DNA of 64,000 nucleotides from an uncultured Thermoanaerobaculia bacterium. Lineage in GTDB: Bacteria > Acidobacteriota > Thermoanaerobaculia > Multivoradales > JAGPDF01. The translations under genes and the position numbers were made by a program. The notes beneath the pieces are model-generated. The model was given only the letters and a program-made list of their open reading frames with translations. It searched no databases and had not been told where the DNA came from. Location: assembly GCA_964618415.1 (NCBI GenBank), contig CAZUAT010000001.1, positions 63,957-127,956 on the forward strand, written 5' to 3'. Below, piece by piece: positions 19,525 through 26,312 of the stretch. The first letter of the stretch is position 1. Each line of letters begins with the position of its first letter.

Positions 19525-20510
19525 GCCGACTCGACCTCGAGGCCGGTCGCGGTCGGTGTCGCCGGAAGAAGTGTGGCGCCGGCCGCGCTCAGGCGCGCTT
19601 CGACCGCCGCCCGCACCTCGGGCGGCGTGAGCACTGCGATGCAGCCTCCACCCCCGGCGCCGCACACCTTGCCGCCCCACGCACCCGCCGTCTGCGCCTC
19701 GGCGAGCAGGCGCTCGATGAGCGGTGTCGAAATTCCCTCCGCCAGCTGCCGCCGCGCCTCCCACTCGCGCTGCATCGCCTGACCGACCTGCTCCCACGAA
19801 CCGCGTTCGAGGGCCGGCAGGAGCTCTGCCGCGGCGTCCCGAATCTGGTCGAAACAGACCGTGACGCGGGTGTCCCCGTCCAGGCGACCACGCACCACCT
19901 GCCAGTTGTTGCCGGCCGAGAAATGGCTCTGCCCGGTGTGGGCCACGACCAGGCGCTCACCCAGGGCCGCGAGATCCACGTCCAGTGTTCGCGCCCGTTC
20001 GCCGCCGGGTCGATGCTCGAGGAGTTGGACGCCGCCGAGTTGCGCCGGAAAGTGATCCTGACGCCCCGTGGGCAGACTCATCAGCTGCGCTTCAAGGTCG
20101 CGCGCCACGGCTGCCCGCGCCCCCGCGGTGCGCATCAAGCGCCCGGCCTCCGCCACCTCGAACGCCGCCAGCAGTGCCACCGTCAGCGCCGAACTGGCGC
20201 CGAGCCCGGCGCCGCGCGGCGAATCACTGTGCAGAGTCAGGCCGGCGCCGGTCAGCGCGTGTTGCGAGGCCACGAGCCCGACGAGGGCCGTCTCCGGTCG
20301 CGCCAGCAGTTCCTCTCTGCGCGCGGCCTCGACCTGCTCGCCACTCTGCTCGACCAGCCAGCCCGCCTGCCGCGGGGCGAGATCGACGACGACTCGCAGG
20401 TCGACCGCTACGTTGATCGTGGCTGCGCCTGAGTGCAGCAGTCCGAGCGGCCAGATGTCGAGGGTGCCGCCGGCCAGGTCGACCCGGCACCGGGTGAGGA
20501 CACGGACCAA
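19521..20510 (-). CDS. GHMP-family sugar kinase (HddA / heptose-7-phosphate-kinase-like)
   Basis: TTG 20510, 10 nt after the M23 stop. RVDLAGGTLDIWPL N-terminal block. GHMP motif SPRGAGLGASSALTVALL. C-terminal GKVCGAGGGG. Confidence 0.8.
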   Translation of the reverse strand: MVRVLTRCRVDLAGGTLDIWPLGLLHSGAATINVAVDLRVVVDLAPRQAGWLVEQSGEQVEAARREELLARPETALVGLVASQHALTGAGLTLHSDSPRGAGLGASSALTVALLAAFEVAEAGRLMRTAGARAAVARDLEAQLMSLPTGRQDHFPAQLGGVQLLEHRPGGERARTLDVDLAALGERLVVAHTGQSHFSAGNNWQVVRGRLDGDTRVTVCFDQIRDAAAELLPALERGSWEQVGQAMQREWEARRQLAEGISTPLIERLLAEAQTAGAWGGKVCGAGGGGCIAVLTPPEVRAAVEARLSAAGATLLPATPTATGLEVESA

Positions 20511-20520
20511 GGCGGGTCGC

Positions 20521-21864
20521 CTACTTGCGCGTGCTGGCGGCGGCGAGGCGGGTCGGCTCCGGCGCCGCGAGCATCGCCGGATCGAACGGCGCACCCTCGC
20601 GCAGGCTGGCCTGCATGGCGCTGCGCACCAGGCGAAACTCGACGAGCCGGGCGGAGCTGAGCGGAGCTGCCGGTACGCCACCGAGCGACATCGGGTCGAT
20701 CCAACCGCCGCGGTGCCGGACCCGGTAGTCCAGGTGAGGTCCCGTTGCCAGGCCCGTCGCCCCGACGTAACCGATGACCTGGCCCTGCTTGACCGCACGC
20801 CCGGGCCGCACGCCGTCCGCGATGCGCGACAGGTGCAGGTAGTTCGTCTCGTACTGATTCGGATGGCGCAGGGTCACGGTCTTGCCACCGCCACCCTTCC
20901 AGCCCGCCGACTCCACGGTTCCGGACGCTGTTGCACGGACTGGAGTGCCGACCGGGGCGCCGTAGTCGACCCCGTAGTGCGAGCGGAACGACTTGAGAAC
21001 CGGATGGAATCTGCGGTGGGAGAACCGCGACGTCACGCGCGAGAACTCCATCGGCGAGCGCAGGAACATCTTCTCCAGGGGTCGCCCCTCGCCGTCGTAG
21101 TATCCGCCGCCATCGGCGAAGCGGTACGCCTCGAGCTGGCGCCCGTTCGACTGCTCATAGGTAAGGGCCAGAATCTCTCCGAAGCCGGAGAACTCTCCCT
21201 CCACCCAGACCTCCTCGAACAGGATGGCGAACCGGTCGCCGGGCTGCAGGTCGCGGTTGAAATCGAGATCCCACTGCAGGACGTCGTCCATCCGGTAGGC
21301 AAGCGTGCCGTCGGCTCCGGCGCGGCCGATGGACGCCTCGAGCGAACCGTCGAGCTCTCCCCGGATCGAACGCACGCGCTGTTCACGCTCGAAGGGGCGG
21401 AAGATGGCGGTCCAGGCGTCGTCGCCGCGCTCCAGCCGCACTTCGCCGCGTCCGGCGAGCTCGAGCTCGAACGCCGCCACCGCCCCGTCTGAACCGCGCC
21501 AGGCAGCCCACCGCGCGCCTGGCCGCAGCTGCCGCGGATCGACGAAGCCACGCGCACCCTCGACGAGCCGATGGGCGTCGCCGGGCGACATGCCGAGCCC
21601 GGAGAGCACCTGACCGAGGGTCTGACCGCGCTCGAGCTCAGCGGTCCGGAACGGCGCGGTGGTGTTCGACGGGGGTGCCGGCGGCTCCGCGGCGCCTCCG
21701 AGCTGCGCGGGGGCGAGTGCGGCCGTCTCGAGGACGGTCGTTCCGACGAGGTTGCGATCCCAGGCCGACCAGGGCGAATCGAAGGCCACCGCGAGCGCCA
21801 GCAGTCCGCCCAGGGGGAGGCTCAGCCAGGAAAGTCCGGACCTGCCCGGCTTGCGCAGTTTCAT
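20521..21864 (-). CDS. M23-family metallopeptidase
   Basis: 447 aa. AGGAGG 8 nt upstream of the ATG. N-terminal anchor. HYGVDYGAPVGTPV...GATGLATGPHLDYRV catalytic blocks. Confidence 0.9.
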   Translation of the reverse strand: MKLRKPGRSGLSWLSLPLGGLLALAVAFDSPWSAWDRNLVGTTVLETAALAPAQLGGAAEPPAPPSNTTAPFRTAELERGQTLGQVLSGLGMSPGDAHRLVEGARGFVDPRQLRPGARWAAWRGSDGAVAAFELELAGRGEVRLERGDDAWTAIFRPFEREQRVRSIRGELDGSLEASIGRAGADGTLAYRMDDVLQWDLDFNRDLQPGDRFAILFEEVWVEGEFSGFGEILALTYEQSNGRQLEAYRFADGGGYYDGEGRPLEKMFLRSPMEFSRVTSRFSHRRFHPVLKSFRSHYGVDYGAPVGTPVRATASGTVESAGWKGGGGKTVTLRHPNQYETNYLHLSRIADGVRPGRAVKQGQVIGYVGATGLATGPHLDYRVRHRGGWIDPMSLGGVPAAPLSSARLVEFRLVRSAMQASLREGAPFDPAMLAAPEPTRLAAASTRK

Positions 21865-21949
21865 CAGCTCGCCGCCCTCCTGAAGTCGTTACCGCCGGAA
21901 CGCCCGCCCTGTTGCAGCGGCATGCCGTCGTGCTGACCGTGAGGGCGGA

Positions 21950-21978
21950 AATATACCATCCAACCGGCCTGAGGCCAA
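21950..21978 (-). promoter_or_regulatory. Candidate sigma-70 promoter (TTGGCC-N17-TATATT) for the M23-to-PEGA operon
   Basis: Minus strand: TTGGCC (21978-21973), a 17-nt spacer, then TATATT (21955-21950). About 85 nt upstream of ATG 21864. Confidence 0.4.
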
Positions 21979-22033
21979 GCAGGTCAAGATGTTACGAGCG
22001 GGGACCACCCCGCGGCAAAGCCGCACTACGGCG

Positions 22034-22507
22034 TCAGTTGAGGTGTTCGGCCAGGGTCGCGTCGAGGTCGGCCGGGAGCTTGCCGGCATAGCGGGCCTGG
22101 CCGTCCCGATAGACGATCAGCCCCGGCAGGGCGGTGACTGCATGGGCCTTGGAGAAAGCCCCATCGCGATCCAGGTAGACCGGGACGGTGAGCTTCTGGT
22201 CGGCGAGAAACTCCCGGATCGCCGCCGGTTCCTCCTGGAAATCGACGGTGACCACCCGCGCTTTGGAACCCCATTTGGCCTGCACGGCATTGGCCCGCGC
22301 CACGATGTCGCGGCAGCGCGGAGACCAGGAGGCCCAGACCAGAATGACGACCGGGCCGCGGGCCAGATCGGCGCTGGTCAGCTGCCCGCTGTCGAGCCCC
22401 GGCAGGCGGAAATCACCCTGGGCGGCCACGGGCGCGGCGAGGCCGACCGCCAGCGCGGCGACAGCGGCGCCGCGGCGCCAGAACCCACGTCGAGACCCGT
22501 TCGTCAT
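22034..22507 (-). CDS. Exported TlpA/ResA-like thioredoxin-fold protein with SxxC instead of CxxC
   Basis: ATG 22507 with GGGAGGA 5 nt upstream. Signal SRRGFWRRGAAVAALAVGLAAPVAA. VWASWSPRCRD aligns to the canonical WATWCxPC. Confidence 0.85.
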   Translation of the reverse strand: MTNGSRRGFWRRGAAVAALAVGLAAPVAAQGDFRLPGLDSGQLTSADLARGPVVILVWASWSPRCRDIVARANAVQAKWGSKARVVTVDFQEEPAAIREFLADQKLTVPVYLDRDGAFSKAHAVTALPGLIVYRDGQARYAGKLPADLDATLAEHLN

Positions 22508-22529
22508 CGTGATCCTCCCGGCACCCATC

Positions 22530-22754
22530 TCAGTCCACCTCGAACAGCGCACGGATCCGCACCGCCAGATGACCCGGGGCGGTCGCCCGATGGCAACGCG
22601 TCCGCACCGTCAGCACCAGTCGCTCGACGCGCAGGGCACGATCCCGGCATTCCGGGCAGTGCTCGAGGTGCTCGGCCAGCTCGGCCATCGGCAGCCTCTC
22701 ACGTTCCCGGTCCACCCAGAGGAACAGCACGCGCCGACATCGATTGCAGGCCAT
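22530..22754 (-). CDS. Small cytoplasmic ZAS (zinc) anti-sigma factor, RsrA-like
   Basis: From ATG 22754: C3-x25-H29-x3-C33-x2-C36 (MACNRC...AEHLEHCPEC). This has the same spacing as the RsrA C11/H37/C41/C44 ligands. No TM helix. Alternative in-frame ATG at 22793. Confidence 0.75.
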   Translation of the reverse strand: MACNRCRRVLFLWVDRERERLPMAELAEHLEHCPECRDRALRVERLVLTVRTRCHRATAPGHLAVRIRALFEVD

Positions 22755-22796
22755 CGTCCGCTTCCCGTCCGTCAGTCGACCGCGCGCCCGCATCGG

Positions 22797-22823
22797 CACG
22801 CAGCTGCATGATCCAACCGTTCC
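22797..22823 (-). promoter_or_regulatory. ECF-type promoter-like motif GGAAC-N18-CGTG between the sigma and anti-sigma genes
   Basis: Minus strand: GGAAC (22823-22819), an 18-nt spacer, then CGTG (22800-22797), then CCG and the in-frame ATG 22793. Flanks and spacing match the motif at 45837-45863. Confidence 0.3.
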
Positions 22824-22842
22824 ACTCCGGCCGACATTCCCC

Positions 22843-23463
22843 TCACGCCGCCCCCACCCCGCCTCGACGACGCGTCGGCTCCTCACCTTCCTGCAGATAG
22901 TTGCGCCGCCGGGCGTACCGGAGAAGGGTCTCCTCGAGCAGGCGGCGCCCCCGATAGAGGCGGCTCATGACCGTGCCGATCGGGATCTCGAGGATCTCGG
23001 CGACCTCCTTGTAGCTGAACCCCTCCAGGTCGGCCAGGACGATCGCCATCCGATAGTCCGGGGGAAGCTCATCGAGCGCTCTCTGAACATCCTCGTCGAG
23101 CGCGGTAGCCAGGACCTCCTCCTCCGGATTGGGGATCTGGCCCGGCGTCTCGGCGCGGATCTGGCTCTCGAGGCCGCCCTCGATGTCTGCGAAGTCGCCC
23201 TCCGGAGGCAGAGTCTGCCGGCGGCGATACTCGTTGATGAACGAGTTCTTGAGAATGCGGAACATCCACGCCTTCAGGTTGGTGCCGGGCGTGAACTGAT
23301 GGAGACTCCGGTAAGCCTTGAAGTAGGTCTCCTGGACGAGATCCTCGGCATCCTCCGCGTTCCGCGTGAGGCGATAGGCAGTGTTGTACAGCGAATCCAG
23401 GAACGGCAGGGCCTGACGCTCGAACTCCCTGCCGTCGATCGCTGCCCGTCGCTCCTGCGCCAC
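22843..23463 (-). CDS. ECF (sigma-70 family) RNA polymerase sigma factor
   Basis: 206 aa. GTG start with GGAGGGAGG upstream. Region 2 [19 protein letters not shown]. Region 4 [28 protein letters not shown]. Confidence 0.92.
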   Translation of the reverse strand: MAQERRAAIDGREFERQALPFLDSLYNTAYRLTRNAEDAEDLVQETYFKAYRSLHQFTPGTNLKAWMFRILKNSFINEYRRRQTLPPEGDFADIEGGLESQIRAETPGQIPNPEEEVLATALDEDVQRALDELPPDYRMAIVLADLEGFSYKEVAEILEIPIGTVMSRLYRGRRLLEETLLRYARRRNYLQEGEEPTRRRGGVGAA

Positions 23464-23629
23464 GTTGCCGGCCTCCCTCCGCGTGCCATCTTACGCAGAT
23501 TCGGTCGCCGCGTCCGCCGCGACTTGGTCGGCGAACGGACGGCGTCCGACCGCCAGCGTACGCAGCTTCGGTGCCAGCCCGAGCGCAGGCGGACGCGGGC
23601 TCTCGTGGCAGAATGGCAACCCTGAACCG

Positions 23630-24679
23630 GTGAGCCGATCCCATCCGTGTGCGCCCGCGTCCGAGCGGCTTATCGACCTGGTCGACGCGTTCACCGACCA
23701 GCCGGTGCTGCTGCTTGTCGATCTGGTAGTCGACCGGTTCGTCCACGGCGCTCCCAAGCGAATCAGCCGTGAAGCGCCGGTACTGATCCTGCGCTGGACC
23801 GGAGAATCGGTGGTACCCGGGGGTGGCGCGAACGCCGCCGCGAACGTGCGCGCGCTCGGCGGCCTGCCGTTGCCGGTCGGACGGGTGGGCGACGACGAGG
23901 CCGGGGCCGCCCTGCTTGCCGCCTTCGAGGAGCGAGAGATCCCCACCGCGGGCATCGTCGTTCGACCCGGCTGGCGCACCCCGACCAAGACCCGGATCCT
24001 GGCCGGCTTCCCGACCGGCATCAAGCAGCAGGTCGTCCGCTTCGATCAGGAGGAGCCCGCCAGCCTGACCACCCAGGAGCGGGCAGCGATCCAGGACCGC
24101 CTGGCCGCGCTGACCGGCCGGGCGCGGGTGGCGATCCTGTCCGACTACGGCTACGGCGCCGTGCTCCCCGACCTGCTGCCAGTGGTGCGCCGCGCCCTGG
24201 CGGACGATTCGACCCTGCTCGTCGACAGCCGCTTCCGGCTCGGTGAGTTCCGCGGCGCCGACGGAGCGACGCCCAACGAAGAGGAGGCCGAGGCGTTCCA
24301 CGGCGGACCTCTGGGCGAGGACGCCGACGCTCACGCCGCGGGCCAGGCACTGCGCGAGGCGCTGGCCGCCCGGTTTCTCCTGGTGACGCGCGGCAGCCGC
24401 GGCATGGCGCTGTGCGAGGACGGGTCGACCGCGCTGATCCCTGTCCACGGCACCGATCAGGTGGCCGACGTCACCGGAGCCGGCGACACGGTCATCGGCA
24501 CGTTCGCGCTGGCGATCGCCGCCGGCGCCACGCCGCTCGAAGCGGCCCTGCTCGCCAACTACGCCGGTGGACTCGTCGTGATGAAGGCCGGAACGGCAAC
24601 GGTGAGCCCGGACGAGCTGCGCGCCGCAATCCGCGCCGATGCCGGACTGCTCGACGGACTGCGATGGGCGCGGTCCTGA
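23630..24679 (+). CDS. hldA: D-beta-D-heptose 7-phosphate kinase (RfaE domain I, stand-alone)
   Basis: GTG 23630. Collinear with E. coli HldE domain I: RISREAPVLI, QQVVRFDQEE, DVTGAGDTVIG, GTATVSPDEL. Confidence 0.85.
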   Translation: MSRSHPCAPASERLIDLVDAFTDQPVLLLVDLVVDRFVHGAPKRISREAPVLILRWTGESVVPGGGANAAANVRALGGLPLPVGRVGDDEAGAALLAAFEEREIPTAGIVVRPGWRTPTKTRILAGFPTGIKQQVVRFDQEEPASLTTQERAAIQDRLAALTGRARVAILSDYGYGAVLPDLLPVVRRALADDSTLLVDSRFRLGEFRGADGATPNEEEAEAFHGGPLGEDADAHAAGQALREALAARFLLVTRGSRGMALCEDGSTALIPVHGTDQVADVTGAGDTVIGTFALAIAAGATPLEAALLANYAGGLVVMKAGTATVSPDELRAAIRADAGLLDGLRWARS

Positions 24680-25140
24680 CGGTCGACCAGCTCGCCGCCC
24701 GCCTGGCTGCCGAGCGCGCGGCCGGCCGCCGTGTTGCGCTGGCCAACCGCCACTTCGGCCTGCTGCACGTCGGGCACCTGCGCTACCCCCAGGCGGCCCG
24801 CGAGCAGGGCGATCTGCTCGTCGTGGCGATCAACGACGACGACTCCGTGGCGCGCCTCAAAGGGGCCGGTCGCCCGCTCGTGCCGGCGGCCGAACGGGCG
24901 GAGCTGCTGGCGGCGCTCGAGCCGGTGGACTACGTCGTGGTCTTCTCGGGTGATTCGCCGGCGCCGCTGCTCGAGCAACTGCGGCCGGACGTGCACTGCA
25001 AAGGGACCGACTACGGATCGCCGGAGCGGGTCCCCGAGTACGCAACGGTGCGCGCTTACGGAGGCACGACGGTCCTGGTCGGGGATCCGAAGGACCACGC
25101 CACCAGCGACCTGATCGCGCGCGTTCGAGCCCTGCCGTGA
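24664..25140 (+). CDS. hldC: D-beta-D-heptose 1-phosphate nucleotidyltransferase (RfaE domain II, stand-alone)
   Basis: ATG 24664 (16-nt overlap with hldA). 158 aa. LLHVGH (HxGH), VVAINDDDSVARLKG, CKGTDY. The conserved GxFD is replaced by RHFG. Confidence 0.8.
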   Translation: MGAVLTVDQLAARLAAERAAGRRVALANRHFGLLHVGHLRYPQAAREQGDLLVVAINDDDSVARLKGAGRPLVPAAERAELLAALEPVDYVVVFSGDSPAPLLEQLRPDVHCKGTDYGSPERVPEYATVRAYGGTTVLVGDPKDHATSDLIARVRALP

Positions 25141-26201
25141 ACTCGGCGGCCACGCCGACGAGCGCGTCGGCCGAGGTAGCGCCGAATCGCGTCCTGCTGA
25201 TCCGCACCAGCGCGCTCGGCGACATCGCGCAGTCACTTCCCGTGCTGGCCGCACTGCGCCGCGCCCTCCCCGCCACGCAGCTCGGCTGGGTGGTCGACGA
25301 GGCGTTCGCCCCGTTGCTGCGCGGTCACGAGCTGATCGACGAATTGATCGAAGTGCCGCTGAAGCGCCTGCGCCGGCGCGGAGCCGGGCGCGGCCGACAG
25401 CTGCTCGCTATGACGCAGCGGCTACGCGCCTTCCACGCCGATGTCGCCATCGACCTGATGGGCAACCACAAGGGCGCGATGCTCGCCCGGCTGTCGGGCG
25501 CCCGACGCCGGATCGGGGCGGCGCGGCGCAACCGGCGTGAACCGTCGAGCGTGCTGTGGATCAACCGGCCGGTCCCCATCGAGGCAATCCACGCCGTCGA
25601 TCGGGCGCTGACCCTGCTCGCCCCGCTCGGACTGGATGGCGCGCCGGTCGACTTCGCGCCCGCCGCGCTAACCTGCGGGCGCGAGCGGATCCCACCGGGC
25701 AACTACCTCTTCATTCACCCCGGCGCCGCCTGGGCCAACAAGCGCTATCCGCCGGCGCTGTGGGGGCGCGTTGCGCGACGGATCGGCGAGCAGCTGGCGC
25801 TGCCCGTCCTGGTGGGCGCCGCTCCGGGGGAGGAGCAGCTGGCCGAAGCGGTGGCGGCCAACTCGGCCGGCCACGCCCGCGTCTATCCGGCTCCGTCGCT
25901 CGAGGATCTGACCGGCGCCCTACGAGGCGCCCGCCTGGTGCTGGCCGGCGATACCGGCGCTGTGCACGTGGCGCGGGCGCTCGACGTCCCCGTCCTCGCC
26001 ATCCACGGACCGACCGACCCGGCCCGGCACGGGCCCTGGCGGGCCCCGGATGCCGTGGTCTTCCGGCGACTGCCGTGCAGCTTCTGCCATCGCCGGATGG
26101 ACGAAGCCAAGGCCTGCCTGCTGGGGCTCGACCCCGAGCTCGTCGCCGACCTCGCGCTGCGCCTGGCGGGGCGCTCGCCGGCCGGCCAAGCTCTTGATTG
26201 A
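25137..26201 (+). CDS. Glycosyltransferase family 9 (LPS heptosyltransferase-like)
   Basis: GTG 25137 overlaps the hldC stop (GTGA). RVLLIRTSALGDIAQSLPVLAAL N-terminal motif. C-terminal GDTGAVHVARAL. Confidence 0.87.
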   Translation: MNSAATPTSASAEVAPNRVLLIRTSALGDIAQSLPVLAALRRALPATQLGWVVDEAFAPLLRGHELIDELIEVPLKRLRRRGAGRGRQLLAMTQRLRAFHADVAIDLMGNHKGAMLARLSGARRRIGAARRNRREPSSVLWINRPVPIEAIHAVDRALTLLAPLGLDGAPVDFAPAALTCGRERIPPGNYLFIHPGAAWANKRYPPALWGRVARRIGEQLALPVLVGAAPGEEQLAEAVAANSAGHARVYPAPSLEDLTGALRGARLVLAGDTGAVHVARALDVPVLAIHGPTDPARHGPWRAPDAVVFRRLPCSFCHRRMDEAKACLLGLDPELVADLALRLAGRSPAGQALD

Positions 26202-26227
26202 CCGCCTTTTCCGGCCGCTGCTACACT
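26198..26227 (+). promoter_or_regulatory. Candidate sigma-70 promoter for pilB (TTGACC-N18-TACACT)
   Basis: TTGACC at 26198-26203 overlaps the GT9 stop codon. TACACT at 26222-26227. About 85-nt leader ending in GGGAGA before ATG 26313. Confidence 0.4.
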
Positions 26228-26312
26228 CCGATCGATCCCCGCCGATTCCTGCCCCAGCGCGGAGAACGCACTCGCGCTAAGAGTCGGGCTGTTTGCGCGG
26301 GACCGGGAGACC

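Noticed and set aside
21998-22024. Two small hairpins (GCGGGG-ACCA-CCCCGC and GCGGC-AAA-GCCGC) just after the tlpA-like stop as a terminator.
   Set aside because: Short stems and no U-tract downstream on the minus strand. Such GC hairpins are frequent by chance in this sequence.
23533-23560. GAACGG...CGTA upstream of hldA as another ECF-type promoter.
   Set aside because: The spacer is 20 nt, outside the 16-18 nt range seen for the other candidates and for known ECF promoters.
23601-23620. Sigma-54-like TGGCAGAATGGCAA upstream of hldA (the window encodes an NtrC-type activator).
   Set aside because: The GG-to-GC spacing is 3 nt too short for the GG-N10-GC geometry. TGGCACG strings at 29362 and on the minus strand near 23485 lack a TTGC -12 element.
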